From the NCBI GenBank assembly GCA_002269645.1, contig NIVC01001159.1, positions 1-64,000 on the forward strand: DNA of 64,000 bases, given 5' to 3'. Origin of the DNA: Macrostomum lignano (lineage: Eukaryota). The translations under genes and the position numbers were made by a program. Position 1 is the first letter of the stretch; each line of letters begins with the position of its first letter. The notes under the pieces were generated by a model. The model saw only the letters and a list, made by a program, of their open reading frames with translations. It made no database searches and was not told the DNA's origin. Positions 55,101-64,000 of this stretch are shown here, in pieces.

Positions 55101-58100
55101 ATCTCGCTGGCGGCCTCGCCAAGCCGACGACGGTAAATGGCAAGCAGGGCGGACTCGTCCAGCTGCTCATCCTGCTGCTGCACACTGCTCAGAGCCACGT
55201 CAGCCTGACAGCGCTCCAGCTCCAGTTTCAGACGGTTCAGTAGGATGTTCTTGAACCTGGGCGGCAGAGGTTGGCACAGCTGCCGCAGGCTGGCTATCAG
55301 CTCTGCGCCAACCCCAGCCTGCTCAGCTTCGAAGCCGGCAAAGAAGCTGAAGCTGGCCAGCCGCATCAGCTCATCTACGGTGCCGCTGGATTTCGAGTAA
55401 TTCCCTGCCGCCAACTGACCGCACCGGAGCGGCAGCAGCGGTGACGCGTCCAGGGAGTCGGCGGCGCCGGCGCCCGAGGCTTCGTGCTGCTGGCGCAAAA
55501 ACGACGGGGTGGCGACGAAGTTGCCGGACAAAGACCTGAGGTGGCTCGGCGTGGCCACTTGGGAGGACGGCGACAAAGACTTGAGGTGGCTGGGCGTGGC
55601 GACTTGGGCGGACGGCGACAAAGACTTGAGGTGGCTGGGCGTGGCGACTTGGGCGGACGGCGACAAAGACTTCAGGTGGCTGGGCGTGGCGACTTGGGCG
55701 GACGGCGACAAAGACTTCAGGTGGCTGGGCGTGGCGACTTGGTTGTGCGGCGCCAAGGGCTCGAGACTTCGTCTGTTAAGTTCGATTGGGTTAAAAGAAT
55801 GCGCGACGTGACATCTCGTTATCGTGGTTATCAGCAGCTCGAGGCTTAGATAAATTGAAGCTGCAATAGAAAATTCTAATATCCAAGATTTCTGAATGCC
55901 AGTCCCAGAATGAGCCCCCAGTCCCTAATCCCAGTGTCCCCAGATCCGGAATCCCAGTGTCCCCAGATCCGGAATCCCAGTGTCCCCAGATCCGGAATCC
56001 CAGTGTCCCCAGATCCGGAATCCCAGTGTCCCCAGATCCGGAATCCCAGTGTCCCCAGATCCGGAATCCCAGTGTCCCCAGATCCGGAATCCCAGTGTCC
56101 CCAGATCCGGAATCCCAGTGTCCCCAGATCCGGAATCCCAGTGTCCCCAGATCCGGAGTCCCAGTGCCCCAGATCCAAAATCCCAGTGTCCCCAGATCCG
56201 GAATCCCAGTGTCCCCAGATCCAAAATCCTAGTGTCCCCAGATCTCGGATCCCGAGTCGATCCAGAATCCGAGTCCCCGCAGATCCCGAGTCCCCAGATC
56301 CCGAACCCCTAGAGTCCCCAGATCCCAAATCCGAGTCCCCAGATCCTGAACCCCCAGAGTCCCCAGATCCCGAATCCTAAAGTCTACATAACCAATCGAA
56401 TAGTGCAGTAACACAATCACAACAATAGAAGCTTCTCACCCAGAGCTCAGCGACATGTGAGTAGCGGCATTAGCCGGAGCTGAGCACGCAGCTGTGAAGC
56501 GAATAATTTTAGTGGACGCGGAGGGTGGCGACTCGTGGCCGGCGTCCAGCTGCATGCTTTCGCCGCTGTCTTGGCCAGCTGTCATTGTCGGCGGATCATC
56601 GACACAGTAAGTGGCGTTCGCTTGTTGAACTGGCGGCGAATCTACCAGCTTTTTCTGATTTGCTGCTGCAGCAGGCTGGGCGGCCTCGACCTCCACTGGA
56701 TCGGAGCCCGAGCTGCCAGCGCTGCCCGGCACTGCTGGAAATGCCAGTTTTTTAATTATAGATAAAAATTTTCGCATTTGAGTAGAAATTGTTTCAAAAA
56801 GGAGTTGCAATTTTAAGAAACAATGTTTTCCGTTTTGTTTTCCAAGAAACGATGTTTTCCGTTTTATTTTCTAAGAAATAATGTTTTCCGTTGTGTTTTC
56901 TAAGAAACGATGTTTTCCGTTTTGTTTTCTAAGAAACGATGTTTTCATTTTGTTTTCTAAGAAACAATATTTTCCGATTTGTTTTTTAAGAGACGATGTT
57001 TTCACTTGAAGTTTTGTTTTCTTAGAAACGATGCTTAAGATTTGATCTCGAAGAAACGATGTTTCCCGTTTTGTTTTGTAAGAAATGAAGTTTTGTATTT
57101 TGGTTTCTAAGAAACGATGTTTCCTGTTTTGTTTTCTAAGAAACGATGCTTGACATTTCTAAGAAATGAAATTTTCCGTTTCTGTTCGATATCCTGTTAT
57201 GCTTTCGAAGAAACAAAACTATCTGTTTTTTCGAGAATTAAAATTTTCCGTTTCACTTAAGTTATCGTAGCATCGTAGCGGTCAAGGAGCTAGCGAACCG
57301 TTTTGAAAATGCGCTGATTGCCTAAGTCAGGAAGCCATGGCCAGTATACCAGAAAATAATATTTCAATAATATACCCACAACTTACAGTCAGACGCCTGA
57401 GGAGAGCCCTGCTGAGCAGCAGCCACAATGCTCATGCTGTCAGAGTCGCCAAACAGAGACCGCTCGATCTGGGCCAATATGGACGAGTCGGCGGCGGGAG
57501 GCGCCCGACGAGGTGACACCGCCGTGCAGGTGGCGTGGAACAGCTCTTCCAGTTCGCGGCATCGCTCCAGCACCGAGTCATTGCCTGTGTTGCCATTGGA
57601 TACAGTTTGAACTGGGGGCTTCTGCTTTGGCTCAGGCTGCTGCTGCTCAGGCTGAGGCTCGTCTGGCGATATAATTAGCGACTCGTCATCATATCCTGCC
57701 AGGTGACTGACCGTGAATCTGCGTTTGAAATTCATACTGAGATGTGATGATCGCATTGAGTGAGTAGAACACATGGGGTTGTATTGGGCTGAAATAAGGC
57801 TTATTGCTGCAAACCAAAGGTCACGGATATGGTCATTGGGTCATGCTAGAGACAGGGGGGTCAGTGGGACTTATACCGTAATAGTGCAGTTACGGTCATA
57901 AACTGAGGCCAGGTGGGTCATATATTGAGGTCAGGTGGTCTTTTACTGACGTCAGGGGGTCATATACTGAGGCCAGGTGGGTCGTATATTGAGGTCAGCC
58001 GGTCAGGGAGGTCATATACTGAGATCAGGTGGGTCATATATTGAGGTCAGGGAGGTCATATACTGAGATCAGGTGGGTCATATATTGAGGTCAGGGAGGT

Positions 58101-60602
58101 CATATACTGAGATCAGGTGGGTCATATATTGAGGTCAGGGAGGTCATATACTGAGATCAGGTGGGTCATATATTGAGGTCAGGGAGGTCATATACTGAGA
58201 TCAGGTGGGTCATAAACTGAGGTCAGGTGGGTCATATACTGCGATCAGGTGGGTCATACACTGCGATCAGGTGGGTCGTATATTGAGGTCAGGGAGGTCA
58301 TATACTGAGATCAGGTGGGTCATAAACTGAGGCCAGGTGGGTCATATACTGCGATCAGGTGGGTCATATATTGAGGTCAGGGAGGTCATATACTGAGATC
58401 AGGTGGGTCATAAACTGAGGCCAGGTGGGTCATATACTGCGATCAGGTGGGTCATACACTGCGATCAGGTGGGTCGTATATTGAGGTCAGGGAGGTCATA
58501 TACTGAGATCAGGTGGGTCATAAACTGAGGCCAGGTGGGTCATATACTGCGATCAGGTGGGTCATGCACTGCGATCAGGTGGGTCGTATATTGAAGTCAG
58601 GAGGTCATGATACTGAGGTCAGAGGGGTCATATACAGAGGTCAGGGAGTCACGCTGATAGCTGGAGTCATTTTGAGGCTAATGGGTCATGCTGGAGCTAA
58701 GCAGGTCACACTGAGGCCACACTCACGATGAGGCCAATAAATAATGAAAGCACAATGACCGGTTAACTGAGGCCTGCAGCCCCAAATTGCAGTAAAGCAA
58801 ATAACTACCTTGAAGACGGCTGCCCCAGCTGATGCTGATTGCAGAAATGCTGGCTGACGGTGGCCGCGGCCGAGGACGACGAGGTGATCAACGTCATGCT
58901 GCTGCCACTTGACGAGAAGCCAGCAGCAGCGGCACCGGTCGTGGCGGCGGCGGCGGACACAGCGGCGGTGGCGCAGCTGCTGGCAGCGAATGCGGTCACA
59001 GCAGCGACCATCTTCAAGGACTCCGAGCTGCTCGTGTCGGAGTAGTTTGGCATAGGCAGGATCCGCTCAGCCAGCTCGTGATGCAGCAGCTGGTGCATCT
59101 GGCCAATCAGCTGACTGGCGCAGCGCTGCATCCGCAGCTGCCGGGTGGCCTCGCCTCCATCGTCCTGACTGAAGTCGTCGTCTCCGTCGCCGACAACCTC
59201 GTTGTTGTCCTCGACGTCGGCATCGGCGAGCTGTGGAGCCTCGTCACCAGCTGCTGCCCGCTGGCTGTTGTCTGCGTCATCGCCGTGAGCGGCCAGATAG
59301 GCAGAGAAGTCGTCCTCGATGTTGGCGTCGGGACCTTCAGCGGTGATGTCGGATGGAACTTGCGGTTGCGGCACCGGCTGCGGCGGCGCAGCTGCCGATG
59401 ACATCGTGGTGATCTCCATAGCAACTGAGTCATAAAGGGTTCGATTCTCCGCCATTGCCGAAGCCTGAGCAGCCATTGAGACGCTGGCGGTGCCGTCCGC
59501 AGACTGCAGGGTGAGCATGTCGGACTCCTTGATGAATTCCTTCACTTTGTAGGTGCGAGCGAAGCTCACTCGCTTTGAGCGGCTGCCAGCGCCGCCGCCT
59601 CCGCAGCCGTCGTTGAAGTCGTCTGGTATGATGTCATCTTCGTTCAGTGTGCGCTTCAGGATCTGCGTTCAGCGGTGGGCATGAGGCGCATTTGTCTTCG
59701 TTTTCACTCTCACCTGCTTGTCTGCACCACTACCTGTCTGCTTGCCTGCATCTCTACCTGTCTGCTTCCCTGCACCTCTACCTGTCTGTTTCCCTGCACC
59801 TCTACCTGTCTGCTTCCCTGCACCTCTACCTGTCTGCCTGCTTCCCTGCACCTCTACCTGTCTGTTTCCCTGCACCTCTACCTGTCTGTTTCCCTGCACC
59901 TCTACCTGTCTGCTTCCCTGCACCTCTACCTGTCTGTTTCCCTGCACCTCTACCTGTCTGCTTCCCTGCACCTCTACCTGTCTGTTTCCCTGCACCTCTA
60001 CCTGTCTCTTCCCTGCACCTCTACCTGTCTGCTTCCCTGCACATCTACCTGTCTGTTTCCCTGCACCTCTACCTGTCTGCTTCCCTGCACCTCTACCTGT
60101 CTGTTTCCCTGCACCTCTACCTGTCTGCTTCCCTGCACCTCTACCTGTCTGTTTCCCTGCACCTCTACCTGTCTGCTTCCCTGCACCTCTACCTGTCTGC
60201 TTCCCTGCACCTCTACCTGTCTGTTTCCCTGCACCTCTACCTGTCTGCTTCCCTGCATCACTACCTGTCTGCTTCCCCACTTGTCTACCTGTCTGCTTCC
60301 CCACTTGTCTACCTGTCTGCTTTCCCACTTGTCTACCTGTCTGCTTCCCTGCATCTATACCTGTCTGGTTCCCTGCATGACTACCTGTCTGGTTCCTTGC
60401 ATCACTACCTGTCTGGTTCCCTGCATCACTACCTGTCTACTTACCTGCATCTCTCTGCTTCCCCACTTGTCTACCTGTCTGCTTCCCCACTTGTCTACCT
60501 GCAATATATTGCAAAATATGTACATAGAAAAACACTTACAGATGATCTGGATCGCTTCTGAGTGCGAGTCTTAGTTGTTGCATAAGGTACTAGATTTGAC
60601 AT
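50871..60602 (-). CDS. KNL1: Candidate kinetochore scaffold KNL1/Spc105-like protein, 11 exons, about 1104 aa
   Basis: Eleven GT-AG exons join in consistent phase (3315 nt including stop). N-terminal KRSRSS|ILK...[11 protein letters not shown], an AMEITT motif, a disordered middle, a helical/coiled-coil region, and a beta-alpha C-terminus resembling tandem RWD. Gene structure is well supported; orthology is inferred from motifs. Confidence 0.7.
51055..51168. repeat. 46-bp repeat, about 2.5 copies, KNL1-like intron 10
   Basis: CAATCATGAGTCACCATGACCCAGTGACTGGTTACAGCATGGTGCT. Confidence 0.8.
51188..51391 (-). CDS. KNL1: KNL1-like exon 10 (putative RWD-C)
   Basis: [31 protein letters not shown]...GGLFDLV | gtgagt. 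Confidence 0.65.
51445..52150. repeat. (TCTG)n composite repeat and (ATCT)n microsatellite, KNL1-like intron 9
   Basis: Direct reading. Confidence 0.9.
52603..52718 (-). CDS. KNL1: KNL1-like exon 9
   Basis: [38 protein letters not shown] | gtgagt. Confidence 0.65.
52816..52931 (-). CDS. KNL1: KNL1-like exon 8
   Basis: [38 protein letters not shown] | gtaata. Confidence 0.65.
53030..53515. repeat. 22-23-bp minisatellite (CTAGAATCGCTGCCATCCGCCCT and AATCACCTTCATCCGCCCTCT variants), KNL1-like intron 7
   Basis: Direct reading. Confidence 0.8.
53525..53769 (-). CDS. KNL1: KNL1-like exon 7 (putative RWD-N)
   Basis: [31 protein letters not shown]...FSCSVWE | gtgagg. Confidence 0.65.
53857..54512. 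repeat. 30-bp minisatellite (CAGGTGAGCAGTGACAGAAGCCTAAAATCA), about 22 copies, KNL1-like intron 6
   Basis: Direct reading. Confidence 0.95.
54540..54756 (-). CDS. KNL1: KNL1-like exon 6
   Basis: tttcag | [21 protein letters not shown]...FSFLTHC | gtaagt. Confidence 0.7.
54878..54940 (+). repeat. Dispersed repeat family, partial 5' copy
   Basis: CCGCTGTACACTCC.GTGTGA...CTGCGTACGTATCCGCGC is shared with copies 1 and 2. Confidence 0.55.
55012..55772 (-). CDS. KNL1: KNL1-like exon 5 (15-aa coding repeat plus helical region)
   Basis: [10 protein letters not shown]([15 protein letters not shown])n...[11 protein letters not shown]...QRKQRLVN | gtgagt. Confidence 0.8.
55915..56380. repeat. 23-bp minisatellite (CCCAGATCCGGAATCCCAGTGTC), KNL1-like intron 4
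   Basis: Direct reading. Confidence 0.9.
56440..56734 (-). CDS. KNL1: KNL1-like exon 4
   Basis: [15 protein letters not shown]...ESMQLD...MSLSS | gtgaga. Confidence 0.75.
56815..57200. repeat. Degenerate repeat of about 29 bp (AAGAAACGATGTTTTCCGTTTTGTTTTCT), KNL1-like intron 3
   Basis: Direct reading. Confidence 0.7.
57387..57718 (-). CDS. KNL1: KNL1-like exon 3
   Basis: [18 protein letters not shown]...QASD | gtaagt. Confidence 0.75.
57890..58620. repeat. 22-bp minisatellite with two alternating variants, KNL1-like intron 2
   Basis: GTCATATACTGAGATCAGGTGG / GTCATATATTGAGGTCAGGGAG. Confidence 0.9.
58809..59662 (-). CDS. KNL1: KNL1-like exon 2 (ILK, RVSF, MEIT)
   Basis: acgcag | [43 protein letters not shown]...; donor gtagtt. 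Confidence 0.8.
59705..60500. repeat. 24-bp minisatellite (CTTCCCTGCACCTCTACCTGTCTG) filling KNL1-like intron 1
   Basis: Period 24 read directly. Confidence 0.95.
60540..60602 (-). CDS. KNL1: KNL1-like exon 1
   Basis: [21 protein letters not shown] | gtaagt; too short for the ORF track. Confidence 0.7.
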
Positions 60603-62050
60603 CGCTGATTAATGTTTATCAGTGCTAAAAACAGTAATGAGAAATTTTGTCACTTAAGATTTTCTTTATCCAAGAGCAGTTAATAACAATGACATTGTTT
60701 TTGTCAGACAATATTATATATAGAAAAATAAAGCATATATTTAAGTTTTTTGTCAAAATCATAATGCCATTTGGCATAATGACATCAAATTTGACAATTT
60801 GTTATGCCATTTTCAATTTTGACATGCCATTGGCATAAAATGTAAAATAACACTTTGTGAGCCCATATTACTGTTTCCTTTCAAGGTAATACTTGAACAA
60901 GTTTAAAAGCAAAACTAAAATTTGGAATTGGGAATTTAGCATTGGCAATTTGGCAATGGCATAATGGCAAAAAATTGTTATGCCATTTTGGCATAAAAGC
61001 ATCAAAATCATTATGCTCTTTTTTAATTTTGATAGCATGCCTATGACACAAAAAACCTAGGCATATATTAATACAAAATCCAAATTAATAAAAAACAAAA
61101 AAACATGAAAATAGTTCTTAGACAAGACAAAAAAGCTTAGCTACTATATCAGCTTATAAAATAAGATATATAATAAACAGTTATGATATCAGTTGAGAAA
61201 ACTATATATGCCTAACCTTGGGAATCACATGGCCATTTCTATTGGCAATATACACATGTAAATTGCTATTGGCTATCATTTTACTTATTTTGTCTTGTGT
61301 GCTGCTAATAGAAACAGCCAAGTTAATTCTTAGGTTACAACCAAACATAGAGAAATCTCTATCATTAAGCAATAATGAAAATAAACTTAGTAAATTGTCT
61401 TATATATTCTGTTGTACTTTTGACTCTCAGGAAGGATGCGCCTACAAGGGTCAGAGTATGCAGGCCCATGTTGGCCTGCGTTAGGGCACGAGTGTATACA
61501 TGGGACCCTAAGTCTAGGCTCTGGGGTATCAGGATGCACCCAAGTGGCTGGCACACATGTAGGGACACTGATGTCAATCACCTTTAGCAGGGTATCAAGG
61601 TGCATGAGCTGGCATCTACATACAATGGGCTTAAAGTACAGGGTGGTCCCTGGCTGACTACCTAGCCTAGTCCCCCTTGGCCCTTAGTTGGCCTTAGGAC
61701 ACACAAACTGCCCCTGCTATAGCCCCCAAAATGAAAGAGACAAGGCAGTGACTTACTTCATGTACAGCTTGCCTTTGTGCATGCGGTCAATTAATTGCAG
61801 CTGAAGTCTGTTCACAGCTAGCAGACATATGGCTATGGCATAGGCATAGAAGTTCAAAGAAAATTGGTTGAGTTGTTTTTTGCTGAAATCGATCACACAC
61901 ACATGCACACACACAGACAGACCCTATTTGGTATATGGATAAGGGATAAAAAAGCAAAAAATTACATATTTCTTGGCCTATTATTGTTTGGCAGATTGAT
62001 ATGGGCATAGAAATTGTTTAAGTTTATTTTTTTATTAGAGGCAGGGGGTT

Positions 62051-62155
62051 GTGTGCACCCTGACGCACTTTTAAGCGACATAGGCACACAACCGGCGAGA
62101 GGCATTACTGCCCATTCCGCCGACTCCCCTGAGCAGGCACACAAGCGCGCGGATT
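62051..62155 (-). repeat. Dispersed repeat family, copy 3
   Basis: Near-identical to 12660-12760. Confidence 0.75.
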
Positions 62156-62796
62156 GTTTAAGTTATACAAAATTACAGAAAGTTATATAATAAATTGTTA
62201 TTATAGAAGTGTCTTTTTGCAGAAATGAATATAACCCCATATAGTCGACTATAAAACATTTTTAGAACTTTATAAGTTTATTACTTGACCAATTTTTATA
62301 AGTAAGGGGTCTTCATACTTATGCAAATGAGATTTATCAGATGAATTAGAAATATACAAAAAATAATAATCAAAATATCGCTCACAATCCTCATAGGCTA
62401 ATGCTAGATAGATCTAAGCACGCGTCGCGAGTCCGTGTTCTACTTGGCATGTTTCTAGGATTTGAATTTTTACTTTTTTTTAACATAGAAAAACAACTTT
62501 ATTACTTTTAGTGTGTACCACAAATTTCTTTCACTGACCCATTAAAAATTTTAGAATAAATAATTTTTTGCTTTACAAAGCATTATAAAAAATAAAATAA
62601 TGATCATACCTTTATATCGAAGAGTTGGGGTTTAATTTAAAAATACTGCATCATTTTTAAAGCGCTTTAAATAAACTTTAAAAGTGTACACTGAGCAAAG
62701 CTTCAGACAAAGCAAATATACTCTTAAGACATATGAAACGAGTCTATTGATTTGCATCACAATAATTTTGAATGCCTCTCAATGGCTAGGCCTAGT

Positions 62797-63284
62797 TATA
62801 ATATCGTTATATTGCTTATTCATCTTCTAAAATTAAAGTTATTCATCTACCATTCTTACCATAGTTATTCATTTAACAACTATTTTAGATTATAATATTT
62901 TTATAACTTCTAGCTTAAACTAAATTTGTGTCTTCTTAAAGCAATTTAATATTATTAATAAAATAGCTTAGTCCTAATTAATCCAGTATTTAATTAATTT
63001 GTTTTATTAAAATTAATTATGATTAGATTATCCTATTTATTATAATATCGTTATATTGCTTATTCATCTATTCTATAATTAAGGTTATTCATCTTACCAT
63101 TATTATAATAGTTATTCATTCAACAACTATTTTAAATTATAATATTTTTATCACTTCTAGCTTAAATTTGATTTTGTATACTTCCTAAAACAATTTAATT
63201 CTATAAAATAGCTTAGTCCTAATTAATCCATGAATTAATTAATTGGTTTTATTAAAATTAATATTGATTAGATTATCCTATTTA
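62797..63284. repeat. Diverged AT-rich tandem duplication, about 244 bp x 2
   Basis: TATAATATCGTTATATTGCTTATTCATC...GATTAGATTATCCTATTTA occurs twice. Confidence 0.85.
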
Positions 63285-64000
63285 AGAAATAAATAGCCAA
63301 GACTATATTTTAGATTTTTCTATAACCAAAATTTTCTTGTATTGATATCTGTATCTAGACTATAGCTAATTAACTCATGTAGTAACTTTCTATAACTATT
63401 GACAATATAAAATCCAATGGCAGCAAGTCCTATATCATCATTAAGTATGGAGTTTAAGAAAGTTAAGAATGATTTAAATTTCATTTAAATTTATTGTACA
63501 AAAAACTATATTCATTTTAGCTTTAGCCCTAGCCCCCCAACCAGGGAGAGATTCAAAATCTCTGTTGCTTGAGTTATCTTAATATATGAATAAATTATAA
63601 CATTTTCAGATATGAGTTATCAACATAAATGGATTAAATAATGCACTACAAGATCATTATCATTTTTTCTCTAATTGTCTTATTGACAATATGGAGTGCT
63701 ACTTCAAGCTATGCAATAATTTTTACTATCAATAATAGGCACTTCTTTTCTTTTAAAGGTAATATTTAGCTACTAAAATATTGCAATGTCTTTGCCTTCA
63801 ACTTTAATTTACAATTCAAGCATCATTTTAGAATTAAAAAGTCAACTGATCAATGTCACTCTTAATGGAGGCTCAATCAAGCTTGTAGCTTCAACAGCTG
63901 GCTTCTACTACCTTGGTGGATTGTAAGCATTTCATAATTTAGAGTCTAACAAATTGATACTAAATTTATTGATTCTCTATTGACATCATTTCTCTCGCTT

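Noticed and set aside
59647-60574. ORFs of 200-300 aa in the 24-bp array
   Set aside because: Repeat artefacts within intron 1 of the KNL1-like gene.
63300-64000. Stop-riddled coding-like fragments on the minus strand (e.g. LNSILNDDIGLAAIG, VEATSLIEPPLRV)
   Set aside because: I cannot assign a family; too degraded to support without a database search.

Overview
Eukaryotic (animal) genomic DNA with GT-AG spliced genes, GC-rich low-complexity exons and introns packed with minisatellites. This style suggests a flatworm such as Macrostomum (inference only). I reconstructed three protein-coding genes by hand. (1) An intronless + strand RIM-binding-protein-like gene (coiled coil-FN3-SH3, 1853-4672). 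(2) A 20-exon minus-strand RasGRF gene (PH-cc-IQ-DH-PH-REM-CDC25, 37464->7830, about 1655 aa). (3) An 11-exon minus-strand gene (60602->50871, about 1104 aa) that the ORF track shows only as fragments; it has SILK and RVSF motifs, a MELT-like motif, a coiled coil and a probable tandem-RWD C-terminus, making it a candidate divergent kinetochore scaffold KNL1/Spc105. The window starts inside a decayed Crypton-type (DUF3504) tyrosine-recombinase transposon. Most long ORFs in the track are artefacts of stop-free tandem repeats. Notable non-coding structure includes different minisatellites in most large introns, arrays made of multiplied splice signals, exact higher-order repeats, and a MITE-like element carrying a 21-bp satellite. 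No prokaryotic genes, rRNA, tRNA or CRISPR arrays are supported.
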